Positions 49,880-59,646 of a stretch of 64,000 nt of DNA are shown here, one piece after another; within the stretch, counting starts at the first letter, position 1, and each line of letters opens with the position of its first letter. The translations under genes and the position numbers were made by a program. Below the pieces are notes generated by a model, which was not told the DNA's origin, searched no databases, and was given only the letters and a program-made list of their open reading frames with translations. The stretch comes from Treponemataceae bacterium. GTDB lineage: Bacteria; Spirochaetota; Spirochaetia; Treponematales; Rectinemataceae. The stretch covers positions 392,626 to 456,625 of the forward strand of contig CAXXGJ010000006.1 in the NCBI GenBank assembly GCA_963677895.2, read 5' to 3'.

Positions 49880-49924
49880 GGTAACGTACACGCATATTGT
49901 ATTGCAGGTCGCCAAGGCTGTCAA
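49880..49924 (-). promoter_or_regulatory. lacI-araBA promoter TTGACA-17-TACAAT with operator GTGTACGTTACC
   Basis: TGTCAA 49919-49924, ATTGTA 49896-49901, operator 49880-49891. Confidence 0.8.
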
Positions 49925-49932
49925 ACATTTTC

Positions 49933-49962
49933 GCCGCGCGCGGGGGATCTCGTGCGCGCGGC
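49933..49962. terminator. GC hairpin downstream of the GH50-like gene
   Basis: GCCGCGCGC-N12-GCGCGCGGC. Confidence 0.45.
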
Positions 49963-49992
49963 TTTTCGCCCAAAGACTCCTTGAGCCTCGAG

Positions 49993-52146
49993 TCAGGAAT
50001 AGTTCCCCGTGGTGAGGCCTTCTTCGGCGGTTGGGGGGATAGCGCCGCTCACGATCTCGTACATGGAGGGCGCCAGGCGCTCCAAGGCCGAGCTGAGTTC
50101 GGGGTAGGGGACATTGCAGAGGCTGATGAGGCCGTGCTGCATGCATTCCCCGTCGAAGCGGCCGAGGACGGGCTGGTCGTTCCACTCGAAGTAATGGGCG
50201 CCGACGCTCGCCCTGTGGGCCATGGCCCGCTCCATGAAATAGAGGCAGGCTTTCGTCCGCTCGTCCTGGGTCGGGGAGTAGACGAGGCCGGCCGCGAGGT
50301 TGCGCATCTCGTATCCCGCCACGTGCCATTCGCCCACGAGGCCCGGGCGTTTGTCGAGCTTGTCCACGATGTCGAATTTGGGCAGGGGATCGGGGCGGTA
50401 GCAGTTGAACGAGCAGATGTCGAAGGCGGCGTTTCCGGCGAATTCGTTGGGCGTGAGCTTGTTGTAGCGCATCCCCAGGTTGAGGTGGTCGGGATCGACA
50501 GCCTTGAGCGCCTCCGAGGGCACCGAGCTGTACTTCGCGATCAGGATGTCGCGGAAGGCTTCGAGGTCGGCGCGGGATTTCGCGGTCAGCTTGTCGGCGT
50601 TGGCCAGCGGTTTATGCAGATCGGCAAAATCCCCGAGAAGGATTCCCCACGCGTCGTTCAGCGCGCCGACGTCGCTCCTATATCTGGCGCGCAGGAAGGC
50701 GATGAGGGCCGTCTTGCTGTGGAGGCTGCCTTCGTGCGCGAGAACGCGTTCGGCGGGGTTCACCGATTCCTGGAAGAGCCACTCCGGCTCGTTCGTGATG
50801 AAGTAGCCGATCATGAGGGGGTTGTCGGCGAAGGGGGCCAGCTGTTCGCGCGCGAAGCGTTCAGCGCCCGCCGCGTATTCGGGGCTGAAGACATCGGGGA
50901 AATCCCTGTAGATGCAGGGTTGCGTCAGCGGGAAGTTCTTCAGGGTGACGACGAAGGGGATTTTCGCCTTCGCGAGGAAGTCCATGACGCGTTCGTCGAC
51001 GTAATTGTTCACACCGACACCGATGGTGTTGATGCCCCAGCGGCGCATCCGCGCCGCGTTGATCGTCACCCAGGCGTCCCACCAGCCCTCGGGACCGAAG
51101 GCGCGGATCATGTTGGCGCGCGGGAAGTTGAACATCATGCGGCCCTTGCCGCTCGCGGCGCCGTTGCGCTTAGCGAATTCGGGTATCTCCGAGGCTTCCG
51201 TCCAGCAGTCCTTCCAGGTCTTGTCTTCCTTCGGGGGGAGCCAGTCGAACATCGCTTCCATGCGGTCGACGAAGCCGTGCACGCCCATGCGGCTGCCGTA
51301 GCAGACGCCATTGCTATAGAAGGCGTAGCCCTCTGGGTCGACGAGCCACCAGCGCTGGCCGTCGTGGTGGGTGCGGAAGAAGCCCGTGGCGTCGAAGCGC
51401 AGCTTTTTCCAGCCGCCGTAGCGGCTCCAGTCAGCCGGGTAGCCGCCCGTTGCGACGGGGGCGCAGGAGGTGCCCTCGGTGGCTTCGGCTCGCGCCGCGG
51501 CGAGCTCCGAGCGCAGGTAAGTCGTCATTTCATCCACTGAATGCATCTTGCCCGGCCATTCGTAGCCTTTGCGCTGGCCCATCTCGTCGACCAGCGGCTC
51601 GCCCGAGATCGCCATATCCGGCAGACCGTCGGAGACTTCGAGGCCGTAGAGCCGGAAGCCGCGGCAGGAGTCGTTTTTCCTGAGGCGGATGCGGATCTCG
51701 TCGATCCTATCGATGTGGGTGGGCTCGCCTTCGACGTGGCCCTTGAGCGTTCCCGGGTAGGTGGGCAGGAAAAAGCGGTGGGAATCCAGCTCCGAGAGCT
51801 GTACCGTCATCTTCACCCTGCGCGTCGGAATCATGAAGTAGCGGATCGAAAGGACGCGTTCCGTGCCGGTGCCCCGCTCCGCCCCGTCGCCTCGCCCCAC
51901 GCTCTCGCCTCGCTCCACGAAATCGATGTGCATGACAGGCATCCTGTCCATGTCGATTTCCATGTCGACGGTGAGGAAGTGCTCGGGCGTCCATACGATG
52001 CCGACCGTGGCGCCGCCAGCCGAGGCTTTGTCTAGGGAGAGGCAGAAGGAGCCGTCTTCTGCCGGCAGGATAGAAAGGCCGCTGGCGCTGTGTTCGGCGC
52101 GTCCGGCTATGATTTTCAGCAGCGCGAGATCGATCCGTTCTTTCAT
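49993..52146 (-). CDS. clan GH-A glycoside hydrolase, GH50 (beta-agarase)-like, cytoplasmic
   Basis: VDEMGQ..WPGK, SRYGGW, ATGFFRT, WWLVDPEGY, FPDVFSP, TNEP (acid/base), VGEWH (nucleophile), VGAHYFEW.DQP..GRFDGE. Confidence 0.8.
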   Translation of the reverse strand: MKERIDLALLKIIAGRAEHSASGLSILPAEDGSFCLSLDKASAGGATVGIVWTPEHFLTVDMEIDMDRMPVMHIDFVERGESVGRGDGAERGTGTERVLSIRYFMIPTRRVKMTVQLSELDSHRFFLPTYPGTLKGHVEGEPTHIDRIDEIRIRLRKNDSCRGFRLYGLEVSDGLPDMAISGEPLVDEMGQRKGYEWPGKMHSVDEMTTYLRSELAAARAEATEGTSCAPVATGGYPADWSRYGGWKKLRFDATGFFRTHHDGQRWWLVDPEGYAFYSNGVCYGSRMGVHGFVDRMEAMFDWLPPKEDKTWKDCWTEASEIPEFAKRNGAASGKGRMMFNFPRANMIRAFGPEGWWDAWVTINAARMRRWGINTIGVGVNNYVDERVMDFLAKAKIPFVVTLKNFPLTQPCIYRDFPDVFSPEYAAGAERFAREQLAPFADNPLMIGYFITNEPEWLFQESVNPAERVLAHEGSLHSKTALIAFLRARYRSDVGALNDAWGILLGDFADLHKPLANADKLTAKSRADLEAFRDILIAKYSSVPSEALKAVDPDHLNLGMRYNKLTPNEFAGNAAFDICSFNCYRPDPLPKFDIVDKLDKRPGLVGEWHVAGYEMRNLAAGLVYSPTQDERTKACLYFMERAMAHRASVGAHYFEWNDQPVLGRFDGECMQHGLISLCNVPYPELSSALERLAPSMYEIVSGAIPPTAEEGLTTGNYS

Positions 52147-52225
52147 GATGGCGGTCCTTTGAAAACGAGGGCCTTCCCACGGCCTTGCGGTCGGCGTGAA
52201 GGCCCTCTTCATGGCATGCTTGAAT

Positions 52226-52253
52226 GTACCGGATAACGTAGGTTACCCGGTAC
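52226..52253 (-). other. hairpin right after the SBP gene
   Basis: minus strand GTACCGGGTAAC-CTAC-GTTATCCGGTAC. Confidence 0.6.
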
Positions 52254-52259
52254 GGATCG

Positions 52260-53747
52260 TCATTTCGAAGCCTTTACCTGGGCAGCCCAGGCCGCGGTCG
52301 CTTCCTTCTCGTACTCTAGACCGCCTTCCTCGTTCCAGCGCTTCACGAAGGTCGCGTACTCCGTCTCGATGTTGCCCTTGCTGACGATGAGCTGGGCGAA
52401 GGCTTCCTTGGTGATGTTCGCCAGCTGCGGGCCGTACTCGCTCGTCGTCTTGAGATTCTTGATGATCTTCGGGTACTCGATGCTGTTGTCGCGGGCGAAT
52501 GCCTGGCCTTCGCGCGTCTGCTTGTTCATGGTCCGGACTTCCGTATTGAGGAGGGGGAACATCCTGGCGTAGACGTAGGCGCCGTCGGCGCGGTAGGTAG
52601 CCTGGTCGGTGAACTTGCCGAGGAGCTTGTATTTACCGTTGTCCTTGTCCACCCACTCGTAGTGCAGACCCTCGATGCCGAGATAGGTGAGCTCGTCACC
52701 TTCGGTGCCGTACAGATAGTTGAGGTACTCCATCGCCTTCTCGGGGTTCTTGCAGGTGGAGGAGATGCAGTTATAGTAGGTGTAGCGCGGGTACTGCTTG
52801 ATGGCTCCGCCCTTGCCGCCGGGACCGGCGATGATCGTGAAGCCGAAGGTCGGTATTGGATTCTTTTCGGTGTAGCGGCCGGGCATCCAGTTGTTCGTCG
52901 TGCCGACGTTCTGGAAATCGAAGATGCCGGTGCGTCCGGTCCAGAGTTTTTCGAAGGCGCTCATGAGGGGGATGGTGACGAAGTCCGGATCGAGGATGCC
53001 ATCCTGGTAAAGCTTGCGCAGGTATTTGATCGCGTCGAGATAGGCGGGAGCCTTCATGTAGGTCGTCACCGTGCCGTTCTTCTGGAGGTAGGGTTTGTCG
53101 ACAGCGATGCCGTAGGCGCCGAATATGTGCTCGAAGGTGCGCATGTTGGCCATGGTGCCCACATAGCCGACCGTGTCTTTCTTGCCGTTGCCGTCGGGGT
53201 CGCCGTTCGTGAAGGCGGCGAGGACCTTGTACAGCTCGTCGAGGTTGGTCGGCATCTTCAGCTTGAGCTTGGCGAGCCAGTCCGTCCGCACCGACAGGTT
53301 CGATGTGTAGTCGAGCGAGGCCGGGATGACAGCGTAGATGCCGTCGCCCTTGTTGAGCGGGGCGTTCTTGAGGATGGAACCGACTTCGGCCACGATGTTA
53401 GCCCCGTCGCTCTTGAGGAGGCTGTCCAGCTTCGCGATCATGCCCTGGTCGCGGAATTCAACGGCGTCGATCGCGTTGCCGTCGACCCAGAAAATGTCCG
53501 GCAGGGTGCGGCTCGCGATGAGGGTGTTGAGCTTGGCCGCGTAATCCTTCTCCGGCACGTAGATGTAGGTGAGGTCGACGCCGAGCTTTTCCTCGAGCGC
53601 GCGCTTCACCGAGTTGGTGGGCGTCGGCGTGTTGTCGCCGAACATCATCACCGTGAGCGGAACGCGGCCCGGCGCGGCTCCCGCCCCGGCGACGAGGCAG
53701 AAGAGGGCGACAGAAACCAGAATTCCGGACAAGATTCGCTTTTTCAT
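52260..53747 (-). CDS. oligosaccharide ABC transporter solute-binding protein (LplA-like)
   Basis: signal peptide; VRTDWLAKL..PT.LDELY.VL.AF..DPDGNGK.DT; LGIEG.HY. Confidence 0.9.
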   Translation of the reverse strand: MKKRILSGILVSVALFCLVAGAGAAPGRVPLTVMMFGDNTPTPTNSVKRALEEKLGVDLTYIYVPEKDYAAKLNTLIASRTLPDIFWVDGNAIDAVEFRDQGMIAKLDSLLKSDGANIVAEVGSILKNAPLNKGDGIYAVIPASLDYTSNLSVRTDWLAKLKLKMPTNLDELYKVLAAFTNGDPDGNGKKDTVGYVGTMANMRTFEHIFGAYGIAVDKPYLQKNGTVTTYMKAPAYLDAIKYLRKLYQDGILDPDFVTIPLMSAFEKLWTGRTGIFDFQNVGTTNNWMPGRYTEKNPIPTFGFTIIAGPGGKGGAIKQYPRYTYYNCISSTCKNPEKAMEYLNYLYGTEGDELTYLGIEGLHYEWVDKDNGKYKLLGKFTDQATYRADGAYVYARMFPLLNTEVRTMNKQTREGQAFARDNSIEYPKIIKNLKTTSEYGPQLANITKEAFAQLIVSKGNIETEYATFVKRWNEEGGLEYEKEATAAWAAQVKASK

Positions 53748-53792
53748 GGAAGGCCTCCTTGGAAATATGTATTCATCGTTCTTGGCTTTCTT

Positions 53793-54710
53793 TCATTCTT
53801 TTACCGCGCCCAGGGTTATTCCCCTCGTGTAGTAGCGCTGGAGGAAGGGGTAGATGATGAGGATGGGGATGATCGACACGGCTATCGTCGCCATCTTCAT
53901 GCTTTCTTCGCTCAAGGAGGCCGCGGCGCTCAGATTGCCGACCACCGAAAGCGAGCCCAGGGTGCCCGTGGAGGCGATGAGCTTCCGCAGGTAGACCTGC
54001 AAAATTTCGAGCTGCGGCTTGTTCGTGTACAGTATGCCGTCCATGTACTCGTTCCAGTTGGCGACGCCGTAGAACATGGCCACGGCGGCGATGGCGGGCT
54101 TGGAGACGGGGACGAAAATCCTGAACAGGACGGTGAAGGAATTCGCGCCGTCCATGTGGGCGCTCTCTTCCAGGGAATCCGGGATCGACTTGAAGTAGTT
54201 GCGCAGGATGAACATGTTGTAGGCGCTCATGGCCGAGGGCAGGACGAGGGCCCAGAACTTGTCGATGAGACCATAGGACTGGACGATGAGGTAGGTCGGG
54301 ATCATGCCGCCCGTGAAGAGCATCGTGAAGAAGAACATCATCGAAAGGCCGCCGCGGCCGCGGAGCCTCCGCCGCGACAGAGGGTAAGCGGTGAGGATGC
54401 TCAGCATGATGCTCAGGCTGGTGCCCACGACCGTGCGCATGATCGTGTTGGCGTAGGCCACGAAGATCTGCGAGGTCTTGAAGATCATCTCGTAGGCGAG
54501 GAGGGTCGGCTTGCGCGGCAGGAAGAAGAGACCGCCGGTCATGGCCGCGTTGGAGTCGCTGATGGAGTACATGAGCACGTGCCAGAAGGGGTAGGTCGTG
54601 CTGAAGCAGAAGAGGAACAGAAAGAGACAGATGAAGAAATGCCCGATGTCTTCGGATCGCGACTGTCGGACCTTGCGCTGTCTCGCGTTTTTCATCGTTG
54701 GGATCTTCAT
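53793..54710 (-). CDS. carbohydrate ABC transporter permease (LplC-like)
   Basis: FTMLFTGGMIPTY, SLEESA.MDGA, YPFLQRYY..G..LGAVK. Confidence 0.93.
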   Translation of the reverse strand: MKIPTMKNARQRKVRQSRSEDIGHFFICLFLFLFCFSTTYPFWHVLMYSISDSNAAMTGGLFFLPRKPTLLAYEMIFKTSQIFVAYANTIMRTVVGTSLSIMLSILTAYPLSRRRLRGRGGLSMMFFFTMLFTGGMIPTYLIVQSYGLIDKFWALVLPSAMSAYNMFILRNYFKSIPDSLEESAHMDGANSFTVLFRIFVPVSKPAIAAVAMFYGVANWNEYMDGILYTNKPQLEILQVYLRKLIASTGTLGSLSVVGNLSAAASLSEESMKMATIAVSIIPILIIYPFLQRYYTRGITLGAVKE

Positions 54711-55627
54711 CACATGATCCCGCTGTCGGGGTCGAGTTTCTTGGCCACGGCGTTCGTGGCCAGGACGAGGACCAGCCCGATGACCGATTGGAAAAGTCCC
54801 GCCGCGGCGGCTTCCGCGAATTTCTGCTGCTCCATGCCCAGCGTATACGCGTAGGTGTCGATGATGTCGGCCTTGGAAATCACGAGGTAATTCGAGATGG
54901 CGAATATCTGGTCGAAACCCGCGTACATCATCTCGCCGACGCGGAAGATGAGGAGGATGACGATGGTTGGCCTCAGGCTCGAGAGCGTTATGTGCCACAT
55001 CTGGCGGAAGCGCCCCGCCCCGTCTATGGCCGCGGCCTCGTAGAGCTGCTGGTCGATGCCGACGATGGCGGCCAGGTAGACGATCGTGCCCATGCCCGCG
55101 CCCTTCCATACATGTGAAACGATGATGACCCAGAGGAAGGATTCCTTCTGGTTCATGATGTTGTTGATCGTCCCGGTATAGCCCAGTTCCCTCAGGAGCC
55201 CGGGGATGGCGCCGCCCGTCGTGTTGAACATGGCGAAGAGGATGCCGTTGATCACGATCCAGGAGACGAAGTTGGGCAGTATGACGAGAGTCTGGGCGAG
55301 CTTTCTGGATTTGCGGCCGCGAAGCTCGTTGATCATGAGGGATAGGATGATCGGGAAGGGAAAGCCGCACACGAGTTTGAGGATGCTTATGAGGATGTTG
55401 TTCCCGAGCGCCCGCGTGAAGGCGGAGCGCGAGAAGAGCTTGGCGAAGTTGGCCAGGCCGACAAAGGGCGCGTCGGCGAATCCCTTGAATATATTGTAGT
55501 TGCGGAAGGCGATGGTGACCCCGTACATGGGCGCGTACTTGAAGAGGAGGACATAGACAAGGCCGGGGATAAGCATGAGATAGAGAAGTTTGTCCCTGGA
55601 CAAGTCACGGCCGAGCCGGCGCGTCAT
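54710..55627 (-). CDS. carbohydrate ABC transporter permease (LplB-like)
   Basis: FKYAPMYG..IAF, LPNFVSW, LYEAAAIDGA, AAAGLFQS. Confidence 0.93.
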   Translation of the reverse strand: MTRRLGRDLSRDKLLYLMLIPGLVYVLLFKYAPMYGVTIAFRNYNIFKGFADAPFVGLANFAKLFSRSAFTRALGNNILISILKLVCGFPFPIILSLMINELRGRKSRKLAQTLVILPNFVSWIVINGILFAMFNTTGGAIPGLLRELGYTGTINNIMNQKESFLWVIIVSHVWKGAGMGTIVYLAAIVGIDQQLYEAAAIDGAGRFRQMWHITLSSLRPTIVILLIFRVGEMMYAGFDQIFAISNYLVISKADIIDTYAYTLGMEQQKFAEAAAAGLFQSVIGLVLVLATNAVAKKLDPDSGIM

Positions 55628-55653
55628 TCGCGTACACCTCTGAACATGACTCG

Positions 55654-55681
55654 ATTATACCGCCAGTCGGCTATCTGTCAA
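55654..55681 (-). promoter_or_regulatory. consensus sigma-70 promoter TTGACA-16-TATAAT
   Basis: TGTCAA 55676-55681 and ATTATA 55654-55659 on the + strand. Confidence 0.8.
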
Positions 55682-55862
55682 TATATATTTTCAATATTGT
55701 TATATAAAAGTGATATAAATTATATGCACGATTGGATGACTTGATATGAACAAATAATAATAAATTATTATAATATAAGAATATAATATAATATTATTGA
55801 ATGCTTCATCATATTTTCGAATAAAAAGTTTCATATTATTGATATCGAAACTGAATATTTGA

Positions 55863-55890
55863 TTGACAATTTAGACCGATGGGCTATACT
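55863..55890 (+). promoter_or_regulatory. sigma-70 promoter TTGACA-16-TATACT
   Basis: direct sequence match upstream of ATG 55945. Confidence 0.75.
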
Positions 55891-55944
55891 GTCAACGAGT
55901 TCCGCTCGTATGAGACAAACACCGAGAAACCGAGGTAGAGCACG

Positions 55945-57798
55945 ATGAGCTTCATGTATAATCCTTTCCCTTACGATGATCCCAACGCGATCAACCGAAT
56001 CGTCGTCGCGCCCTCGGACCGGGCGGCGATCGTGAAAGGTCTTTCGGCTTCCGCGTCCGCCCTGGCGAAGGCCGCCATGGCTATCCTCAAGGAGAAGGGA
56101 ACCTGCGTCCTCGCGCTGGATGGATACATCAGCGCGCCCTTCGAGGTGCTGGCCCGCCAGGTCGCGCGATCCATCGCCCAGCAGGGCGCCGCGGTCCGGA
56201 TAATGGACGCGGCCGTCCTTTATAAGGAAGAGAGCGTTCTGAAGGAAGAACTCCTGCGCTATCTTCCCGAAGACCGCGCGGAGGATCCGCCCCTTCTCTA
56301 CGGACGCCTGTACGGCGAAGGCTACGAAAGCCTCATGGACGAGAGCCGGATAGAAGCCTTCGGAAACGAAATCGGTAAATTCAGGAGCGAAGGCTCGGGC
56401 GTCCTCATCACGCAGGGAAACGGCAGTCTCATTCGCGAGTTCCGTCCCCTCATCGACCTTCGCTGCTACGTCGACGTCACCCAGAAACGCACCGTGCTGA
56501 ACATCAAGGGCGGCCGGACCGGCAACCTCGGCTTCAAGACCCCTATGCCTTACGCCGCCACCCTCCGCCACGCCTACTATGTGGATTTCGAGGTGGCGGC
56601 CGCCCTGCGCGGCGAGCTGATCCGCGAAAAGCTCCTTGACTACTACATCGCCGCCGACGATACGGACGATATGAGGCTCCTGCCCTTCAAGGCCTTCCTC
56701 GGCATCTGCGGCAGCCTCGCCTCCTATCCCTTCCGCTGCAGGCCCGTGTACATCGAGGGCGTCTGGGGCGGCTACTACATCAAGCATCTGCGCCGCCTCC
56801 CCGAATCCATGCGCAACTGCGCCTGGTGTTTCGACCTCATCCCCATGGAAGTCTCGATCGTCGCCGAGATGGATGGCCTCCAGCTCGAGCTGCCCTACTA
56901 TTGCTTCGTGCAGACCATGGGCGCCGAAATCATGGGCGGTACCTGCGTCGACAAGTTCCGCGGCTATTTCCCCATCCGCTTCAACTACGACGACACCTTC
57001 CACGCGAGCGGCAACATGTCCATACAATGCCACCCCGACAGCGCCTACGTGCGAGAGCACAACGACGAGCTCGGGCGCCAGGACGAAAGCTACTATATCG
57101 TCGTGGCCGGCCAGGAAGCCAAGACCTACTGCGGTTTCCAGGAAGGCAGCGACGTCGAGGAATTCATCGCCGAGTGCAAGCGATCCGAACGCGGTGGCGG
57201 CGCGATGGACCACGACAAGTACGTATACTCCGAGCCCTCGAAACCGGGAATGCAGTTTCTCATCCCCGCGGGCACCATCCACGCCTCGGGCCGCAACCAG
57301 GTGATCCTCGAGATCGGCAGCCTCACCATCGGCTCCTACACCTACAAGATGTACGATTATCTGCGCAAGGACCTGGACGGACGCCTGAGGCCCATCCACA
57401 CGATCCACGGAGACGCCGTGCTTCGCCGGGAGCGCAAAGGCGACTGGGTGAAGAAAAATCTCATCCAGGAACCCCGGACGCTGAGGAAGGACGAGAACGG
57501 CGAGGAATTCATCGTGGGCGAGCACGAACTCCTCTACTTCTCGCTCAGGAACCTCAGGTTCGCCCGCAGGATGACCGACGAGACTCAGGATCGTTTCCAC
57601 GTCCTCGTCCTCGTCGAAGGCGAGAAAGTCATGATACGATCCCTGGAGGATCCCAGCCGGTACTTCATCCAGCGCTACATGGACATGGTGGTGGTGCCGG
57701 CCTCCTTCGGAAAGTACGAACTTCTGAATCAGGGCGAGGGAGTCGTCGTTGTCCACAAGACGCTGCTCAAAGACGGGTATGAAACTATCGAACCGTGA
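55945..57798 (+). CDS. class I mannose-6-phosphate isomerase-like cupin protein with long N-terminal domain
   Basis: VWGG, SIQCHP, QDESYY, IPAGTIHASG metal motifs. Confidence 0.8.
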   Translation: MSFMYNPFPYDDPNAINRIVVAPSDRAAIVKGLSASASALAKAAMAILKEKGTCVLALDGYISAPFEVLARQVARSIAQQGAAVRIMDAAVLYKEESVLKEELLRYLPEDRAEDPPLLYGRLYGEGYESLMDESRIEAFGNEIGKFRSEGSGVLITQGNGSLIREFRPLIDLRCYVDVTQKRTVLNIKGGRTGNLGFKTPMPYAATLRHAYYVDFEVAAALRGELIREKLLDYYIAADDTDDMRLLPFKAFLGICGSLASYPFRCRPVYIEGVWGGYYIKHLRRLPESMRNCAWCFDLIPMEVSIVAEMDGLQLELPYYCFVQTMGAEIMGGTCVDKFRGYFPIRFNYDDTFHASGNMSIQCHPDSAYVREHNDELGRQDESYYIVVAGQEAKTYCGFQEGSDVEEFIAECKRSERGGGAMDHDKYVYSEPSKPGMQFLIPAGTIHASGRNQVILEIGSLTIGSYTYKMYDYLRKDLDGRLRPIHTIHGDAVLRRERKGDWVKKNLIQEPRTLRKDENGEEFIVGEHELLYFSLRNLRFARRMTDETQDRFHVLVLVEGEKVMIRSLEDPSRYFIQRYMDMVVVPASFGKYELLNQGEGVVVVHKTLLKDGYETIEP

Positions 57799-58781
57799 AT
57801 GCGTACTGGCCCTGGATGCCGGCGGCACGGGCATAAAGCTCGGTCTCGCGACCTCGCGCGCGGCCGATGAGGGCATCCTCGACCTCGACGAGATTTCCAT
57901 GCCCTCGGGCGGTTCCGCCGAGGGAATAGAGGCTGCCTACGCGAGCGCCGCCGGCATCGGGATAGCTTCGGCGTCCAGGCGGGGCTTCGATATCGCGGGC
58001 ATCGGCGTGAGCACGCCGGGGCCTTTCGACTACGCGAACGGCGTCAGCCTGATGAGCCACAAATGCGCGGCAATCAGGGGGATGAGCGTGCGCGCCTTTA
58101 TAAGTCGCGCCTTCATTGGGCGAGCCTTCATCGGGAAGGCGGCCGGTCCCCCCCCCAGTCCGATTCATACACGACGCCTTCGCCTTCCTGCTCGGGGAAC
58201 TCGCCTTCGAAGCGGGCGGCCCCGAGGATCCGAAAGGCTCCGGCGGGCCGAAGGGCACGGCCGCCGATTCCGCCACTACCCAGTCTCGAAGTCCCTGCGC
58301 GGCGACGATCGGCACGGGTCTCGGCTTCGCAGCCATCTCGGGTGGCAGACTTCTGCGCGGTCCCGACGGCGGGCCGGCCATAAGCATCTACAAAAGCCCT
58401 TATCGTCGCGGGATAGCCGAAGACTACGTCTCCAAGCGCGGCATCATGGACTGTTACGCGCGCCTGGGCGGTCTCGGCCAACCCAGCGTGAAGGAAATCG
58501 CCGGCATGGCGAAGGAGGGCGACGCCCTCTGCGCGATGGTCTTCGAAGAGACGGGAATCCATATTGCGGAAATCCTCGCGCCCTTCATCCTGAAAGGCGG
58601 TTTCGACCGCCTGATTCTCGGGGGGCAGATCGCCAAGGCTGGTATACTCCTGACCGAACCGACGCGACGCCGCTTCGAAATTCTCGGAATTCGCTGCCCG
58701 GTTTCGATCGCGCGCCATATCGACGAGGCGCCCCTTTTGGGCGCCGCCCAGCTTTTCCTGGGCGAGGAGGCTCTCTCATGA
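57779..58781 (+). CDS. ROK-family sugar kinase, frameshift in a C9 tract (58148-58156)
   Basis: LALDAGGT, GIGVSTPGPFDY in one frame; FIHDA, TIGTGLG, EDYVS, LGGQI in the next. Confidence 0.85.
58091..58135 (+). repeat. in-frame degenerate 15-bp triplication (RAFIS RAFIG RAFIG)
   Basis: CGCGCCTTTATAAGT CGCGCCTTCATTGGG CGAGCCTTCATCGGG. Confidence 0.75.
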
Positions 58782-59634
58782 CTGGTTGTTGCCTGCGAAT
58801 CAAGGAAGCGATGCAGTCCCTGGCGCCCATGGAACAGAAAGTGGCGGGCTTCATCCTCGATTTTCCGAGGAAGTGGTCGGCATGTCCATCGACGAGCTCG
58901 CCGCGTCCTGCTCGACGAGCACGGCCTCGGTCGTGCGGCTTTGCAAGAGCGTGGGTTACTCGGGTTTTAAGGAATTCTGCAGGGTCCTGGATTCCGATCT
59001 CGCGAACCAACAGAGCAACATCGTCTACGAGGAGATACATCCGGGCGACAGCCTGGAGGCGATCGTCAGCTCGGTAAGCAAAAGCGACATGAAGGCTATC
59101 GAAGGGACCCTCTCCCTCGTCGATATGACCGAGTTGGGCAAGGCCGTCGACGCCCTCTGCGCGGCGCCTCGCATCGACTTCTACGGCGTCGGGACCTCGG
59201 GGCTCGTCGCCCTGGACGCTTCCAACAAATTCATCAGGATCAACAAGTTCACCGTCGCGCACGCCGATCCCCACGAGCAGATACTCTCGGCGACGAGCCT
59301 GCGCCCGGGCGACGCGGCCGTGCTCTTTTCCTATTCGGGGGAGACGCGCGACACAACGGAAACCTGCGAAATCGTCAAGGCTACGGGCGCGACCATCATC
59401 ACCGTCACCCGCTACGGCAAAAACCAGCTCAATGAGCTGGCCGACATCAGGCTTTTCACCTCCTCCGCCGAATCCATGATACGGAGCGGGGCGATGGGTT
59501 CGCGCATCGGACAGCTCACCATGGTGGACATTCTCTATACAGCGGTATGCAGCAGGCTTTACGGCGACGTGAAGCCCTATCTGGACAAGACGAGGCTCAC
59601 GAGCCAACGCAAGCGCTCCAGGCCCCGAAAATAG
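58778..59634 (+). CDS. RpiR/MurR-family regulator (HTH plus SIS), frameshift near 58866
   Basis: LAPMEQKVAGFILDFP / EEVVGMSIDELA..ASVVRLCK..GYSGF; YGVGTS; SYSGET. Confidence 0.9.
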
Positions 59635-59646
59635 AGAGGCAGCGAC

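Noticed and set aside
49993..52146. true agarase / agar utilisation
   Set aside because: No signal peptide, and no GH117, GH16 or anhydrogalactose pathway genes in the window
52662..54854. 730-aa + strand ORF (also 49897-51540, 55831-57900, 14887-16116, 16479-17972, 32162-33415)
   Set aside because: Antisense shadows of well-supported genes; long stop-free reverse frames are expected with strong GC3 bias, and they have no recognisable motifs
53793..55370. 525-aa ORF
   Set aside because: The extension overlaps the upstream permease in another frame; the real gene starts at about 54710
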